From NCBI GenBank assembly GCA_017651625.1, contig JAGCCP010000058.1, forward strand, positions 12,585 through 76,584: DNA of 64,000 nucleotides, written 5' to 3'. The translations under genes and the position numbers were made by a program. This stretch comes from Candidatus Ruminimicrobiellum bubulum. Its GTDB lineage: Bacteria; Elusimicrobiota; Endomicrobiia; Endomicrobiales; Endomicrobiaceae. Positions 17,707 to 27,290 of this stretch are shown in pieces. The notes beneath the pieces are model-generated. The model saw only the letters and a program-made list of their open reading frames with translations, did not search any database and was not told the origin of the DNA. Position 1 is the first letter of the stretch, and each line of letters opens with the position of its first letter.

Positions 17707-18936
17707 ATGAACAGAAGAGAATTTCTAAAATCAGCGTTTTTTACAACGATTGGTGCTGTAGTCGTATCTGCATGTAAAAAAGTCGGAGTAAAAATAAAAA
17801 ATTATGTAGATAAAGTTTCTACAAAAAAATATAAAAATTTAGATGTTTCTTTAATCGGATTCGGTGCAATGCGATTGCCTCAAAAAGATGGTGAACCGGA
17901 TATTGAAAAGACACAAGAAATGATAGATTATGCAATGAAAAACGGTATCAATTATTATGATACAGCATGGTTTTATCATGGAGGAAAATCAGAACTCGCT
18001 ATAGGTGAAATAATGAAAAAATATTCGAGAAACAGTTATTATTTAGCAGACAAAATGCCTTTAAGAATATTGAAAGATAAATCCGAAGTTATACCTACAT
18101 TCGAAGAACAATTAAAAAAATGTCAAACGGATTATTTCGATTTTTATTTGGCACACAATATAAACAAAAATGAATGGAAGACTTTAAAGGAATGTAATGT
18201 TTATGAACAGTTATTAGAAAAGAAACAAGAAGGTAAAATAAAATATTTAGGTTTTTCTATTCACGATACACCGGAACTTTTACAAGAAGTTGTAAATACA
18301 TATAAATGGGATTTTGTTCAGCTTCCGATTAATATGATAGATTGGAAAACTGTAGATGCCAAAAGACAATATGAAATTGCAACAAACGCAGGCCTTCCGG
18401 TAGTTGTAATGAACCCGTTAAAAGGTGGACAACTATCTACGCTTAGTGAGAAAGCTGTTGAAATATTGAAAAAAGAAAACCCGGATGTTTCACCATCTTC
18501 ATGGTCATTAAGATATGCCGCGAGTTTGCCTAACGTTTTTGTTGTTTTAAGCGGCATGACGGAAATGGAACATGTTGTGGATAATGTTAAAACTTTCACG
18601 AACTTTAAACCGTTAACAGAAAAAGAACAAAAAGTTCTTTCGGATGCCATAGCAATTTACAACTCATCGGGAGCAATATCTTGTACTTATTGTCAGTACT
18701 GTACAGGGTGTCCGGTAAATATAGATATACCTAAAAATTTTTTAATATACAATCAATATAAGTCTGATGAGAGAAAAGGAAGATTTATTATTGCATACGA
18801 ATCAATAAAAGAAGAAAACAGAGCCGATAAATGTATAAATTGCGGAATATGTAAAACTAAATGTCCGCAAAAACTCGATATTCCGAATCTTTTAAAAGAT
18901 GTCGCAAATTTATACAATGAACTGAAACAAGAGTAG
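17707..18936 (+). CDS. Aldo/keto reductase with a C-terminal 4Fe-4S ferredoxin domain (COG1453-type), carrying a Tat signal and a lipobox
   Basis: AKR motifs YYDTAWFYHGGKSE, ADKMP, LAHNI. C-terminal CTYCQYCTGCP and CINCGICKTKCP. N-terminus NRREFLK...VVSAC. Confidence 0.85.
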   Translation: MNRREFLKSAFFTTIGAVVVSACKKVGVKIKNYVDKVSTKKYKNLDVSLIGFGAMRLPQKDGEPDIEKTQEMIDYAMKNGINYYDTAWFYHGGKSELAIGEIMKKYSRNSYYLADKMPLRILKDKSEVIPTFEEQLKKCQTDYFDFYLAHNINKNEWKTLKECNVYEQLLEKKQEGKIKYLGFSIHDTPELLQEVVNTYKWDFVQLPINMIDWKTVDAKRQYEIATNAGLPVVVMNPLKGGQLSTLSEKAVEILKKENPDVSPSSWSLRYAASLPNVFVVLSGMTEMEHVVDNVKTFTNFKPLTEKEQKVLSDAIAIYNSSGAISCTYCQYCTGCPVNIDIPKNFLIYNQYKSDERKGRFIIAYESIKEENRADKCINCGICKTKCPQKLDIPNLLKDVANLYNELKQE

Positions 18937-18944
18937 TTATACTT

Positions 18945-20324
18945 TTGGATTATGCTATGAAAAAAAACAAAATAATATATTGGTTAAGACTGATACTATC
19001 GGCAATAGTTTTAATAATTTCTTTTCTTGCATTTACAACAACATTTTCTTTTTTTACAAAATTTTTTACCCTGCAATTAGGGCCGGGCATTGCAAGTTTG
19101 GCATCTTCTTTTTCGATAACAGTTCTAATATCGATTTTAGCAATAATAATTTTTACTTTTTTATTCGGAAGATTTTATTGTTCTTTAATTTGTCCGTTGG
19201 GAATTTTACAAAACTTTATAGGATTCTTTTCTCTTAAAAAAAGTAATAATTATAAAAATATGGCCAAAACAAGATATACAATAGCAGCGTTGGTGTTTGG
19301 TTCTTTATTTTCCGGTTGGGCAATAGGTCTTAAACTTTTAGACCATTACACAAATTTCGGGTTGATCGCATCAAGTCTTTATACACCGATACATAATTTT
19401 ATAACGAACTTACCGCATTACGAGTTTACGACATTAACCTTAATAATATCTTTAATTCCTTTTATAATATTAATATTTTTGGTTTTATTTAAGAGAAGAT
19501 TTTTCTGTACTGCGATTTGTCCTGTAGGAACTATTTTAGGATTATCTGCAAAGTATGGTGTTTTCAGACTTAAAATAAGTGATAAATGTGTAACTTGCGG
19601 ATCTTGTTTTAAAAATTGTCCTTCGGGAAGTATAAATTTAAAAGATAAAATAATTGATAACGAACTTTGTATAAGATGCTTAAAATGTATTTCCGTATGT
19701 CCTAAACAAGCAATAAGTTTCGGAACAGAGAATAAAAAACAAGCTTCGACATTTAACCGAAGCAGAAGAAATTTTGTTTTAGGTTCTGTATTGGTTTTAG
19801 GTGCGGTTGCAACCGGTGTAGGCAGTGCAATAATCAGAGGGAAAAATTTTTTGAAAGATAAAATAAGGGCAATATTGCCGCCGGGAGCAGATGATTATTC
19901 GAGATTTTCTTCAAAATGTACAAGTTGTCGGTTATGTGTTGCAGTGTGCCCGAACAAAGTTATTCATCCGAGAGATTTTAATCATTCTGTAATTTATATG
20001 GATTATTCGAAAAATTATTGTAAGTATGATTGTAATGCTTGCAGTTCGGCTTGTCCTACGGGTGCAATAAAAAAGATTACATTGGAGCAAAAACAACATA
20101 CAAGAATAGGCCTTGCAAAAATTAACAGAGATTTATGTATAAATTGCGGAATTTGTGCTTTTAAATGTCCGGTAAAAGCATTAAGTATAGAAGAAGATTC
20201 TAACGGAGACAGAGCATTAAAATATAATGCGGCCGTTTGTATCGGTTGCGGTGCTTGTCAGGTTTCTTGTCCGCACAAAGCAATAGAAATTGTCGGAATT
20301 GTTGAACAATCCAAAACGTTTTAA
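18945..20324 (+). CDS. Membrane-bound polyferredoxin (NapH/MauN-like, multiple 4Fe-4S motifs)
   Basis: TM helices with CSLICPLG and CTAICPVG (CX3CP) motifs, plus six CxxCxxCxxxCP-type motifs. The track start is a TTG; an alternative ATG is at 18957. Confidence 0.8.
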   Translation: MDYAMKKNKIIYWLRLILSAIVLIISFLAFTTTFSFFTKFFTLQLGPGIASLASSFSITVLISILAIIIFTFLFGRFYCSLICPLGILQNFIGFFSLKKSNNYKNMAKTRYTIAALVFGSLFSGWAIGLKLLDHYTNFGLIASSLYTPIHNFITNLPHYEFTTLTLIISLIPFIILIFLVLFKRRFFCTAICPVGTILGLSAKYGVFRLKISDKCVTCGSCFKNCPSGSINLKDKIIDNELCIRCLKCISVCPKQAISFGTENKKQASTFNRSRRNFVLGSVLVLGAVATGVGSAIIRGKNFLKDKIRAILPPGADDYSRFSSKCTSCRLCVAVCPNKVIHPRDFNHSVIYMDYSKNYCKYDCNACSSACPTGAIKKITLEQKQHTRIGLAKINRDLCINCGICAFKCPVKALSIEEDSNGDRALKYNAAVCIGCGACQVSCPHKAIEIVGIVEQSKTF

Positions 20325-20355
20325 AGTTGTTTGTAGCTTGTCTTTTGCTGTTAAA

Positions 20356-20383
20356 CTATAAACCATAAACTATAAACTATAAA
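20356..20383. repeat. Four tandem 7-bp repeats C(T/C)ATAAA
   Basis: CTATAAA CCATAAA CTATAAA CTATAAA read directly from the sequence. The array abuts the inverted repeat upstream of the TetR gene. Confidence 0.8.
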
Positions 20384-20444
20384 ATTTGTCAAACACTAAC
20401 TTGACAAATTTTATATTATATGTTATATTACTTACCGTTCGGTA
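20382..20444 (+). promoter_or_regulatory. Promoter and candidate TetR operators of the efflux operon
   Basis: Inverted repeat AAATTTGTCAA (20382-20392) / TTGACAAATTT (20401-20411). The right arm contains the -35 TTGACA, followed by a 17-nt spacer and -10 TATATT (20424-20429). A second palindrome TACCGTTCGGTA is at 20433-20444. Confidence 0.55.
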
Positions 20445-20473
20445 GATAAAATTAATATTTTTTAGAGAATAAA

Positions 20474-21025
20474 ATGAGATTAAAAATCTTAAAAACAGCA
20501 TTTAATTTGATGGGTAAAAAAGCGGTAAAAGATGTTTCTATGCAGGAAATTGCTGCTGCATGTAATATAACCAAACCGTCTTTATATTACTATTTTAAAA
20601 GCAAAGATGAAATTTGTTATACGATAGCGAGATATGTTTTGGATGACCAAAATAAAAAAATTAAGCAATATATAGATCAAGATATGTCTTTAGAAGATAT
20701 TTTAACAGATATTTTCCAAAGAACATATAATGCAAAGACAAAAAAATCATTGGAGTTTTTTTTGCATATGATAGATTATATTAAGGGTGTTCCTGCTTTT
20801 GAAAAAAAGTTTAAACCATTAAAGGAAGAAAACGAAAAAAATGCCAAAGAAATTTTTAACAGAGCGGCAAAAAATAGAAATATATCGGAAAACAATGTTG
20901 AACTTGCTCACTATTTGTTTGAATCTTGTTTGTATCACATTGTTTTTGCACCGATAAAAGATATAAATTTGCAACCTAAAGATATAGCAACATCAATTTT
21001 AAAAGCAGTAGACTACAAAAATTGA
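20474..21025 (+). CDS. TetR/AcrR family transcriptional regulator
   Basis: N-terminal HTH VSMQEIAAACNITKPSLYYYFKSKDEI. It is the first gene of the efflux operon. Confidence 0.9.
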   Translation: MRLKILKTAFNLMGKKAVKDVSMQEIAAACNITKPSLYYYFKSKDEICYTIARYVLDDQNKKIKQYIDQDMSLEDILTDIFQRTYNAKTKKSLEFFLHMIDYIKGVPAFEKKFKPLKEENEKNAKEIFNRAAKNRNISENNVELAHYLFESCLYHIVFAPIKDINLQPKDIATSILKAVDYKN

Positions 21026-21053
21026 AGAATAGAAGATTAGAGGAACGAAAGAA

Positions 21054-22442
21054 ATGAAGAAAATATTGAGTTTGTTTTTAACATTGTTATTTAGTACAAA
21101 TATTTTTGCTGCGGATTATTCTCATAACAATTCAATGAATGCAAAATTGTTTGAAGAAATACAAAAAAAGAGCGGAACAAAAATAACAATAAAAGAAGCC
21201 GTTAAAATGGCATTGAAAGATAGTTACCAGGTTTATGCCGCAAGTAAAATGAAAGAAATAAGTGATGAAGTTTACAGCCAAATGAAATCGTCATATTATC
21301 CTTATGTGGATTTTAATGCAAGTTATAACAGAGCATTGTTAAGAGCGAAAGCATTAACCAAAATTGATGGTGAAGAAAAAATGGTGGAAGCCACACCGGT
21401 AAATAATACGTATACCGCACAACTGCAAGCCAACTGGGTTTTATGGACCGGCGGTAAAGTAAAAAATACCAAGGAATACGGAAGATTGCAAGCTGAAAGT
21501 GCTGAATATCAATTGAGAGATACGAAAACAGCCGTTGCCAAACAAGTTACTCAATTTTGTTATTTAATAATTTATGCTTCCGCACTTGTTCATGTTCAGG
21601 AAACATACTTGGATATTGCCAAGCAACATTTGGATGAAACAAAAGCAAGATACAAACAAGGATTATCAAGTAATTTGGATGTATTAACTCAGCAAGTAAG
21701 AGTAGATAATATTGTTCCGCAGGTTTTACAAGCGGAAAAAAATGTTGAACTTGCAACTTTACACTTGAGACAAATATTGGACAAAGATCCTGAAATGCCT
21801 GTATATTTAACTTGGACGGAAGAAGATTTGGCTCTCCCGAGCACAAAAAATCTTCAACAATTATATAATATGGCTTACGAACAAAGGCCTGAACTTATAG
21901 TATCAAAATTAGCTGCCGATATTGCCGAAGCTAATTATAAATTGGCAAAATCGGATCATTATCCTAATCTTTCGGCTTACGGAAATTACGGCTATAACGG
22001 TTCCACAATAGAAGGCCTTCCCGATGAAAATCATTACTATTGGGGCTCAAATGTAGGTTTACAGTTTTCTATGCCTATATTTCACGGGTATTCTGTTTCT
22101 TCTCAGGCAAAACAAAAAGAAATATATTACGAAAATGCAAAAGCAAGTTACGAAAATTTAAAGAAAAATATAAGAATACAAGTAAAGGAAGCTTGGTTAA
22201 GTTTAGAAGAAGCAAAAAAAAGAATAGAATCAACAAAAGGTGTTGTGGAAAGAGCACAAGAAAATTTGAACTCAAAAATGTTGAGATATAGAAACGGATT
22301 AATAAGTCAATTAGAGTTAAACGATGCAATATCGGACTTGAACGATTCGAATTTAACGTATGTTCAAGCTGTATATGATGCACATGTAGCTTTATCAAAC
22401 TTAAATTATGCCGTAGGAATGGAGACAGAAGATTATGAATAA
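21054..22442 (+). CDS. TolC-family outer membrane efflux protein
   Basis: Signal peptide, a two-repeat OEP architecture, and the typical YYPxL...Y motifs (YYPYVDFNASY, HYPNLSAYGNYGY). Confidence 0.85.
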   Translation: MKKILSLFLTLLFSTNIFAADYSHNNSMNAKLFEEIQKKSGTKITIKEAVKMALKDSYQVYAASKMKEISDEVYSQMKSSYYPYVDFNASYNRALLRAKALTKIDGEEKMVEATPVNNTYTAQLQANWVLWTGGKVKNTKEYGRLQAESAEYQLRDTKTAVAKQVTQFCYLIIYASALVHVQETYLDIAKQHLDETKARYKQGLSSNLDVLTQQVRVDNIVPQVLQAEKNVELATLHLRQILDKDPEMPVYLTWTEEDLALPSTKNLQQLYNMAYEQRPELIVSKLAADIAEANYKLAKSDHYPNLSAYGNYGYNGSTIEGLPDENHYYWGSNVGLQFSMPIFHGYSVSSQAKQKEIYYENAKASYENLKKNIRIQVKEAWLSLEEAKKRIESTKGVVERAQENLNSKMLRYRNGLISQLELNDAISDLNDSNLTYVQAVYDAHVALSNLNYAVGMETEDYE

Positions 22443-23370
22443 TCAAAATTTAAATCAAGAACAGAAAGACACCTCTATGGGTGCAATTGTCGTATGGGGA
22501 ATTATTTTATTGGTAGCGGCTTTTATTGTTTATCAGGTAGCATTTAAAAAAGATAATGCTGCAATTTTAGATACGGTTTCAAAGGATGTTTTTGTTGTTA
22601 AAACAGAACAAGTTCAAAAAAGAGACTTGAAACATCAATTAATAACATCAGGTAACGTAAAAGCTTTGGAAGAAGCCGTGTTGTATCCGAGAATTAACGG
22701 TAAATTGCAGAAAAATGTATTAAAAGAGGGTGACAGAGTAAGGAAAGATCAGACGGTATCTTTAATAGACAGAGATGAAGTCGGTGCTAAATATGAACCT
22801 GTAGTTGTTCCTTCTACATTGACGGGTGTTGTAGGTAGAATTTATCTCGATCCCGGTGAAAATGTTACAACACAAACACCGGTAGCATTGATAGTAAATC
22901 AGTCTGTATTAAGAATAAAAGTTGATGTTCCTGAAAGATACGTTAACGAAATTTATAAAGGGCAAAGAGCTCTGCTTTCAGTTGAAGCATATCCCGATAA
23001 AACTTTTGAAGCAAAACTTGATATTATAAGTCCTGTTGTAGATTCTTTAAGCAGAAGTGTTGCCGTGGAATTTAAAGCTGATAATTCCAAAGGGTTGTTA
23101 AAATCCGGTATGTTTGCAAAAGTGGATATTTCTTTAAAAGAAGTAAAAAATGTTTTGTCGTTATCTAAGAAAAGTATTTATGAAGATGCAGACGGTAAAA
23201 ATTATGTTTTAGTTCCTTCCGAAGATAAGACGACTGCCGTTAGAAAAGATATAGAAGTTAAATTTAAAAATAACAATAATTGGCAAATCGAAGGACTCGA
23301 CGAAGGTGATGAAGTTTTGGAATTTGTTTACGGTATTAAAGACGGCAGTAAGATAGAGATACAACAGTAG
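22435..23370 (+). CDS. RND efflux periplasmic adaptor (membrane fusion protein)
   Basis: N-terminal anchor followed by biotinyl-lipoyl-like and beta-barrel segments. It overlaps the TolC stop by 8 nt. Confidence 0.85.
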   Translation: MNNQNLNQEQKDTSMGAIVVWGIILLVAAFIVYQVAFKKDNAAILDTVSKDVFVVKTEQVQKRDLKHQLITSGNVKALEEAVLYPRINGKLQKNVLKEGDRVRKDQTVSLIDRDEVGAKYEPVVVPSTLTGVVGRIYLDPGENVTTQTPVALIVNQSVLRIKVDVPERYVNEIYKGQRALLSVEAYPDKTFEAKLDIISPVVDSLSRSVAVEFKADNSKGLLKSGMFAKVDISLKEVKNVLSLSKKSIYEDADGKNYVLVPSEDKTTAVRKDIEVKFKNNNNWQIEGLDEGDEVLEFVYGIKDGSKIEIQQ

Positions 23371-23380
23371 GAGCTAAAAT

Positions 23381-26300
23381 ATGCAAGAAAATAAAGCTGA
23401 AAAAAGACACAGCGGTTTTGCCGCATTTTTTATACACAGACCCGTATTTACAATAATGATAAGTGTTTCATTAATGTTTTTAGGGTTTATGGGTTACAGA
23501 AATATGGGTGTAAGTATGTATCCGAGTATGGATATTCCCGTTACACTTGTTCAAACCGTTTTACCGGGAGCAAGTCCGGAAGAAATTGAAACATCAATTT
23601 CAAAATATATTGAAGAGGGTGTTAACGAAATTGCAGGTGTTGATGAAATCCATTCATACAATTTGGAAAGTGTTTCAATTGTGTTTGTTAAGTTCGATAT
23701 GGATAAAAATGCCGATGTCGGTATTCAGGAAGTTAGAGATAAAATCGAACAGGTTAAATCTAATTTTCCGGATGGAACGGAATCTCCGGTAGTTTTAAAA
23801 CTTGATATGGATGCTGCAGCTGTTTTAAACGTTGTTGTTACCGGTCAAAGAGATATTATAGAACTTACAGAACTTGCCAAGAAAAAAGTTAAAGAAGTTA
23901 TAGAAAATACTTCAGGTGTAGGTTCCGTAAATATAGTAGGTGGCAGAGAAAGAGAAATACATGTTACAATAAATCCTTTAAAACTTTATTCTTTACAAAT
24001 TCCTATAACAAGTGTTACGGCAGCTCTTGCACAGCAAAATTTCGAAATTCCGGGCGGTAAAGTAGAACAAGAACATAATTCTTACAGCTTAAGAATTTTA
24101 GGTAGAATTCCTTCCGTAGATGAATTTAAAAATATATTCATTGCAACCAAAAACGGAGTTCCTATAAAACTTTCCGATGTTGCTGAAGTTGAAGACAGCG
24201 GAGAATATGAACAACAAAGTACATTGTTGGACGGACTTAGATGTGTAACTTTGGAAATAACAAAACAAAGCGGTTCAAATACATTGAAGGTTATTGATGG
24301 CGTTAAAGAAAAAATTAAGATGATAGAACAAACTCTTCCTTCGGATATGAAAATTACTATAATGTCCGATCAAAGCGGTTCTATCAGAGCTTCCGTTAAT
24401 ACCGTGTTGGAACATCTTTTCTTGGGTGCATTTTTGGCCGGTATAATGGTTTTGGTATTCATGGGTTCTCTCAGATCTACATTTATAGCTTTCTTGGCTA
24501 TACCTATATCTGTTGTAGGTTCTTTCCTTTTTATGAATATGAACGGCTTTACTTTAAACAGTATAACTTTGTTGGGCTTAACGGTTGCCGTGGGTATTGT
24601 TATTGATGATGCTATCGTTATGCTTGAAAATATTTATAGACACATGGAAAAGTATAACAAAACACCGGAAGATGCAGCTGTTGACGGAGCAAAAGAAATT
24701 ACATCTACGGTTATTGCAACAACGCTTGCAATTCTCGTTATATTTTTACCTTTGGCCTATATGGGCGGTATGGTTGGAAGAGTTTTAAGCAGTTACGGTT
24801 GGACTGTGGTTTTTGCTATTGCTCTTTCCGGTATAGTAGCCTTAACTTTAACTCCTATGCTTTGTGCAAAATTGTTGAAGAAAGCGGAAGGGGAAAGTAA
24901 AATAGATAACATTGTAAGCGGTATAAACGAATATTTGGTTAAACTATATATTCCTGTTTTAAATTGGGCTATTCATCATAAAATAATAATGGTAGTTCTT
25001 GCTTTCTTATGTATATTTGCAATATTTCCTATGATAAAAACTATGGGAGGTGAATTTTTTCCGGAAGAAGATTCCGGCAAAATTCAAGTTCAGGTTAAAG
25101 CGGAAGAAGGAACAAGTTATACGGATATAAGAGGAATTTTAGGACAAATAGAAACCGATGTAAGAAGACTTCCGTATATAAAAAGTATTTTAACGGTTGC
25201 CGGTAAAGGCGGAGACGGTTTGAGTTCTTTCTCAAGCTCCGCACCGACAAATAAAGGTTATTTGGAAGTTGAACTCGAAGACAGGACAAAAAGAAATAAA
25301 ATAAGAACAAAAAAATATGCTCAAGTAATAAGAGAAATGATGAAAAAGTATACCGGACTTACGACAGCGGTTTTTGTTAGAAGTGATGGCCCTTCCGGCG
25401 GAAACAAAGCTGTTCAGTTAAGTTTGTTGGGACCGGATCTTACAAAATTAATAGGTTATGCTAATGAAACAAAAGATATAATTTCGAAAGATAAAAGATT
25501 TATAGATGTTGATTTGTCCGTGGATTTGGCAAAACCCGAATACAGAGTTGTAATAAACAGAGATAAAGCTAATAATTTGGGTGTTAATGTTACGGCTGTT
25601 GCCGCTGCACTTAGAACAATGGTTGGTGGAGAAGATGATATTACCAAGTACAAAGAAGGTGATGAATTGTACGAGGTAAGAGTCAGAGTTGCCGAAACAT
25701 ACAGAAACACAAAAGAAGCAATTTCCGCACTTATGATACCGGCTGTTATTAACGGACAACAAACTGTTGTCAGACTTGACAGCATTGCCGAACTTGAAGA
25801 AGGTGTCGGCCCCAGCCAAATCAACAGAGCCGCAAGACAAAGAGAAGTAAGAATAGAAGCCAACTTAAACGGACTTGATACAAGAACGGCAACAAAAATA
25901 ATGCAAGATACATTTAACTCTTTAAATCCTGATCCGGAATATACCGTTATGCAAAGCGGTATAGCAAAAGAAATGACGAAGATGTTTATAGCTTTCTTGT
26001 TAGCTTTTGTTTTGGCATTTATATTCAAATACATAATTCTTTGTTGCTTAATGGAAAAATTTACACATCCTGTAGCAATTATCGTAAGTTTGCCGTTGAC
26101 GGTACCTTTTGCATTGTTTGCACTTATGGTAACGCACCAAACATTAAATATATTCAGTTTGCTCGGTATGTTCATGTTAGTCGGAGTTGTAAGTAAAAAT
26201 GCTATTTTGCAGACGGATTATACGAACCAGTTAAGAGCAAGAGGATACGGCAGAACAAATGCTATTCTTCAAGCAAACAGAGTAAGACTAAGACCTATTT

Positions 26301-26563
26301 TGATGACTACATTAACACTTGTTGTTTCTATGATACCTATGTTGATATCCAACGGAGAAGGTGCTGATGTTAGAAGAGGTTTGGCTATCGTTATCGTTGG
26401 AGGACAACTTTTGTCCCTTCTTGTTACCTTGCTTATGACACCTGTTACGTACATAATTGTAGATTCTATAGGTGATTGGTTTAAACATAAAATTACAGGA
26501 ACACCTATACCGGAAGATAAAGATAAAGAAGTTATTTTATCCGAAGTGCCGGACAAATATTAA
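23381..26563 (+). CDS. RND efflux transporter permease (AcrB/AcrD/AcrF family)
   Basis: 1,060 aa with 12-TM topology and two large loops. Conserved VGIVIDDAIVMLENI motif in TM4. Confidence 0.95.
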   Translation: MQENKAEKRHSGFAAFFIHRPVFTIMISVSLMFLGFMGYRNMGVSMYPSMDIPVTLVQTVLPGASPEEIETSISKYIEEGVNEIAGVDEIHSYNLESVSIVFVKFDMDKNADVGIQEVRDKIEQVKSNFPDGTESPVVLKLDMDAAAVLNVVVTGQRDIIELTELAKKKVKEVIENTSGVGSVNIVGGREREIHVTINPLKLYSLQIPITSVTAALAQQNFEIPGGKVEQEHNSYSLRILGRIPSVDEFKNIFIATKNGVPIKLSDVAEVEDSGEYEQQSTLLDGLRCVTLEITKQSGSNTLKVIDGVKEKIKMIEQTLPSDMKITIMSDQSGSIRASVNTVLEHLFLGAFLAGIMVLVFMGSLRSTFIAFLAIPISVVGSFLFMNMNGFTLNSITLLGLTVAVGIVIDDAIVMLENIYRHMEKYNKTPEDAAVDGAKEITSTVIATTLAILVIFLPLAYMGGMVGRVLSSYGWTVVFAIALSGIVALTLTPMLCAKLLKKAEGESKIDNIVSGINEYLVKLYIPVLNWAIHHKIIMVVLAFLCIFAIFPMIKTMGGEFFPEEDSGKIQVQVKAEEGTSYTDIRGILGQIETDVRRLPYIKSILTVAGKGGDGLSSFSSSAPTNKGYLEVELEDRTKRNKIRTKKYAQVIREMMKKYTGLTTAVFVRSDGPSGGNKAVQLSLLGPDLTKLIGYANETKDIISKDKRFIDVDLSVDLAKPEYRVVINRDKANNLGVNVTAVAAALRTMVGGEDDITKYKEGDELYEVRVRVAETYRNTKEAISALMIPAVINGQQTVVRLDSIAELEEGVGPSQINRAARQREVRIEANLNGLDTRTATKIMQDTFNSLNPDPEYTVMQSGIAKEMTKMFIAFLLAFVLAFIFKYIILCCLMEKFTHPVAIIVSLPLTVPFALFALMVTHQTLNIFSLLGMFMLVGVVSKNAILQTDYTNQLRARGYGRTNAILQANRVRLRPILMTTLTLVVSMIPMLISNGEGADVRRGLAIVIVGGQLLSLLVTLLMTPVTYIIVDSIGDWFKHKITGTPIPEDKDKEVILSEVPDKY

Positions 26564-26590
26564 CGAATTAAAAAAATATAAATAAAAAAA

Positions 26591-26625
26591 ACAGATGAGT
26601 TGAATTAAACTCATCTGTTTTTTTT
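26591..26625. terminator. Bidirectional rho-independent terminator
   Basis: Stem ACAGATGAGTT/AACTCATCTGT flanked by an A run on the left and a T run on the right. It lies between convergent genes. Confidence 0.8.
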
Positions 26626-26638
26626 GTATTTAAGTAAT

Positions 26639-27028
26639 TTACTTTTTCTGTTCAGTGTTGTTGTTTACTTGAGATTTTCCTTTTGCGCTGTCAGCAACAT
26701 TTACTCCCTGGGTATTTGTAACCGGAGGTCTTTGTGTGTTAGGAGGTTGAACTCTCGGGTTTTTAGGAATCGGAGGTCTTTGCATATTAGGAAGATTATT
26801 TGTTTTGGGGAGACTCTTTATTGCTCTCATTTGTGCAGGAGTAGGTATCTTCGGAATTCTGCTAGGATTAAAAGGTCTGTTTATTGCGGAACTCGATACT
26901 TTTGCTAACGATTTACTTCCCGCATAATAGCCTATGAAAAAACATAGTAAAGAACAAACTATAACAATTATTACACCTTTTGCACAACATTTTTTTGTTT
27001 TACATTCTTTTTGTGATTGTTCTTCCAT
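26639..27028 (-). CDS. Membrane-anchored proline-rich hypothetical protein
   Basis: Strong AAGGAGAG SD. K/C-rich N-terminus (KKCCAKG), one TM helix, then a Pro/Asn/Gln-rich tail with QRPP repeats. Confidence 0.6.
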   Translation of the reverse strand: MEEQSQKECKTKKCCAKGVIIVIVCSLLCFFIGYYAGSKSLAKVSSSAINRPFNPSRIPKIPTPAQMRAIKSLPKTNNLPNMQRPPIPKNPRVQPPNTQRPPVTNTQGVNVADSAKGKSQVNNNTEQKK

Positions 27029-27119
27029 AAACTCTCCTTTATTTAATATATCACATTTTCAATATTATAAAACTTGTTGCTTCAAAAATCAATATTTTTC
27101 TTACAATAGAATTTTCATA

Positions 27120-27148
27120 TTGCCAAAAATTGTTGCTTTTGGTAAAAT
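27120..27148 (+). promoter_or_regulatory. Sigma70-like promoter candidate for tRNA-Gln
   Basis: TTGCCA, a 17-nt spacer, then TAAAAT. The -10 ends 14 nt before the tRNA 5' end. Confidence 0.4.
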
Positions 27149-27162
27149 ATACAAGAAAGATT

Positions 27163-27235
27163 TGCCCGATGGTGTAATTGGTAACACATCTGTCTCTGGA
27201 ACAGAATAGTCCTGGTTCGAGCCCAGGTCGGGCAG
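27163..27235 (+). tRNA. tRNA-Gln (anticodon CTG)
   Basis: Cloverleaf folded by hand: acceptor TGCCCGA/TCGGGCA, D stem GTGT/ACAC, anticodon stem TCTGT/ACAGA with loop CTCTGGA, T stem CCTGG/CCAGG with loop TTCGAGC. No encoded CCA. Confidence 0.85.
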
Positions 27236-27241
27236 TATTTG

Positions 27242-27271
27242 CTCTAGTCTGTTAAAGATTAGAGTTTTTTT
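27242..27271 (+). terminator. Weak terminator-like hairpin after tRNA-Gln
   Basis: 7-bp stem CTCTAGT/ATTAGAG (one G-U pair) followed by T7. Confidence 0.4.
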
Positions 27272-27290
27272 ATTTGCAGTTGGGGTAAAA

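Noticed and set aside
25456-26175. A 239-aa antisense ORF (and a 130-aa one) inside the RND transporter gene
   Set aside because: The sense frame carries unmistakable AcrB motifs across this region. The antisense translation is low complexity and has no start context.
26624-27209. Plus-strand ORFs 26624-26908 and 26934-27209
   Set aside because: The first is antisense to the proline-rich gene, which has a strong SD, and its translation is R/C/S-rich with no recognisable pattern. The second runs into tRNA-Gln.
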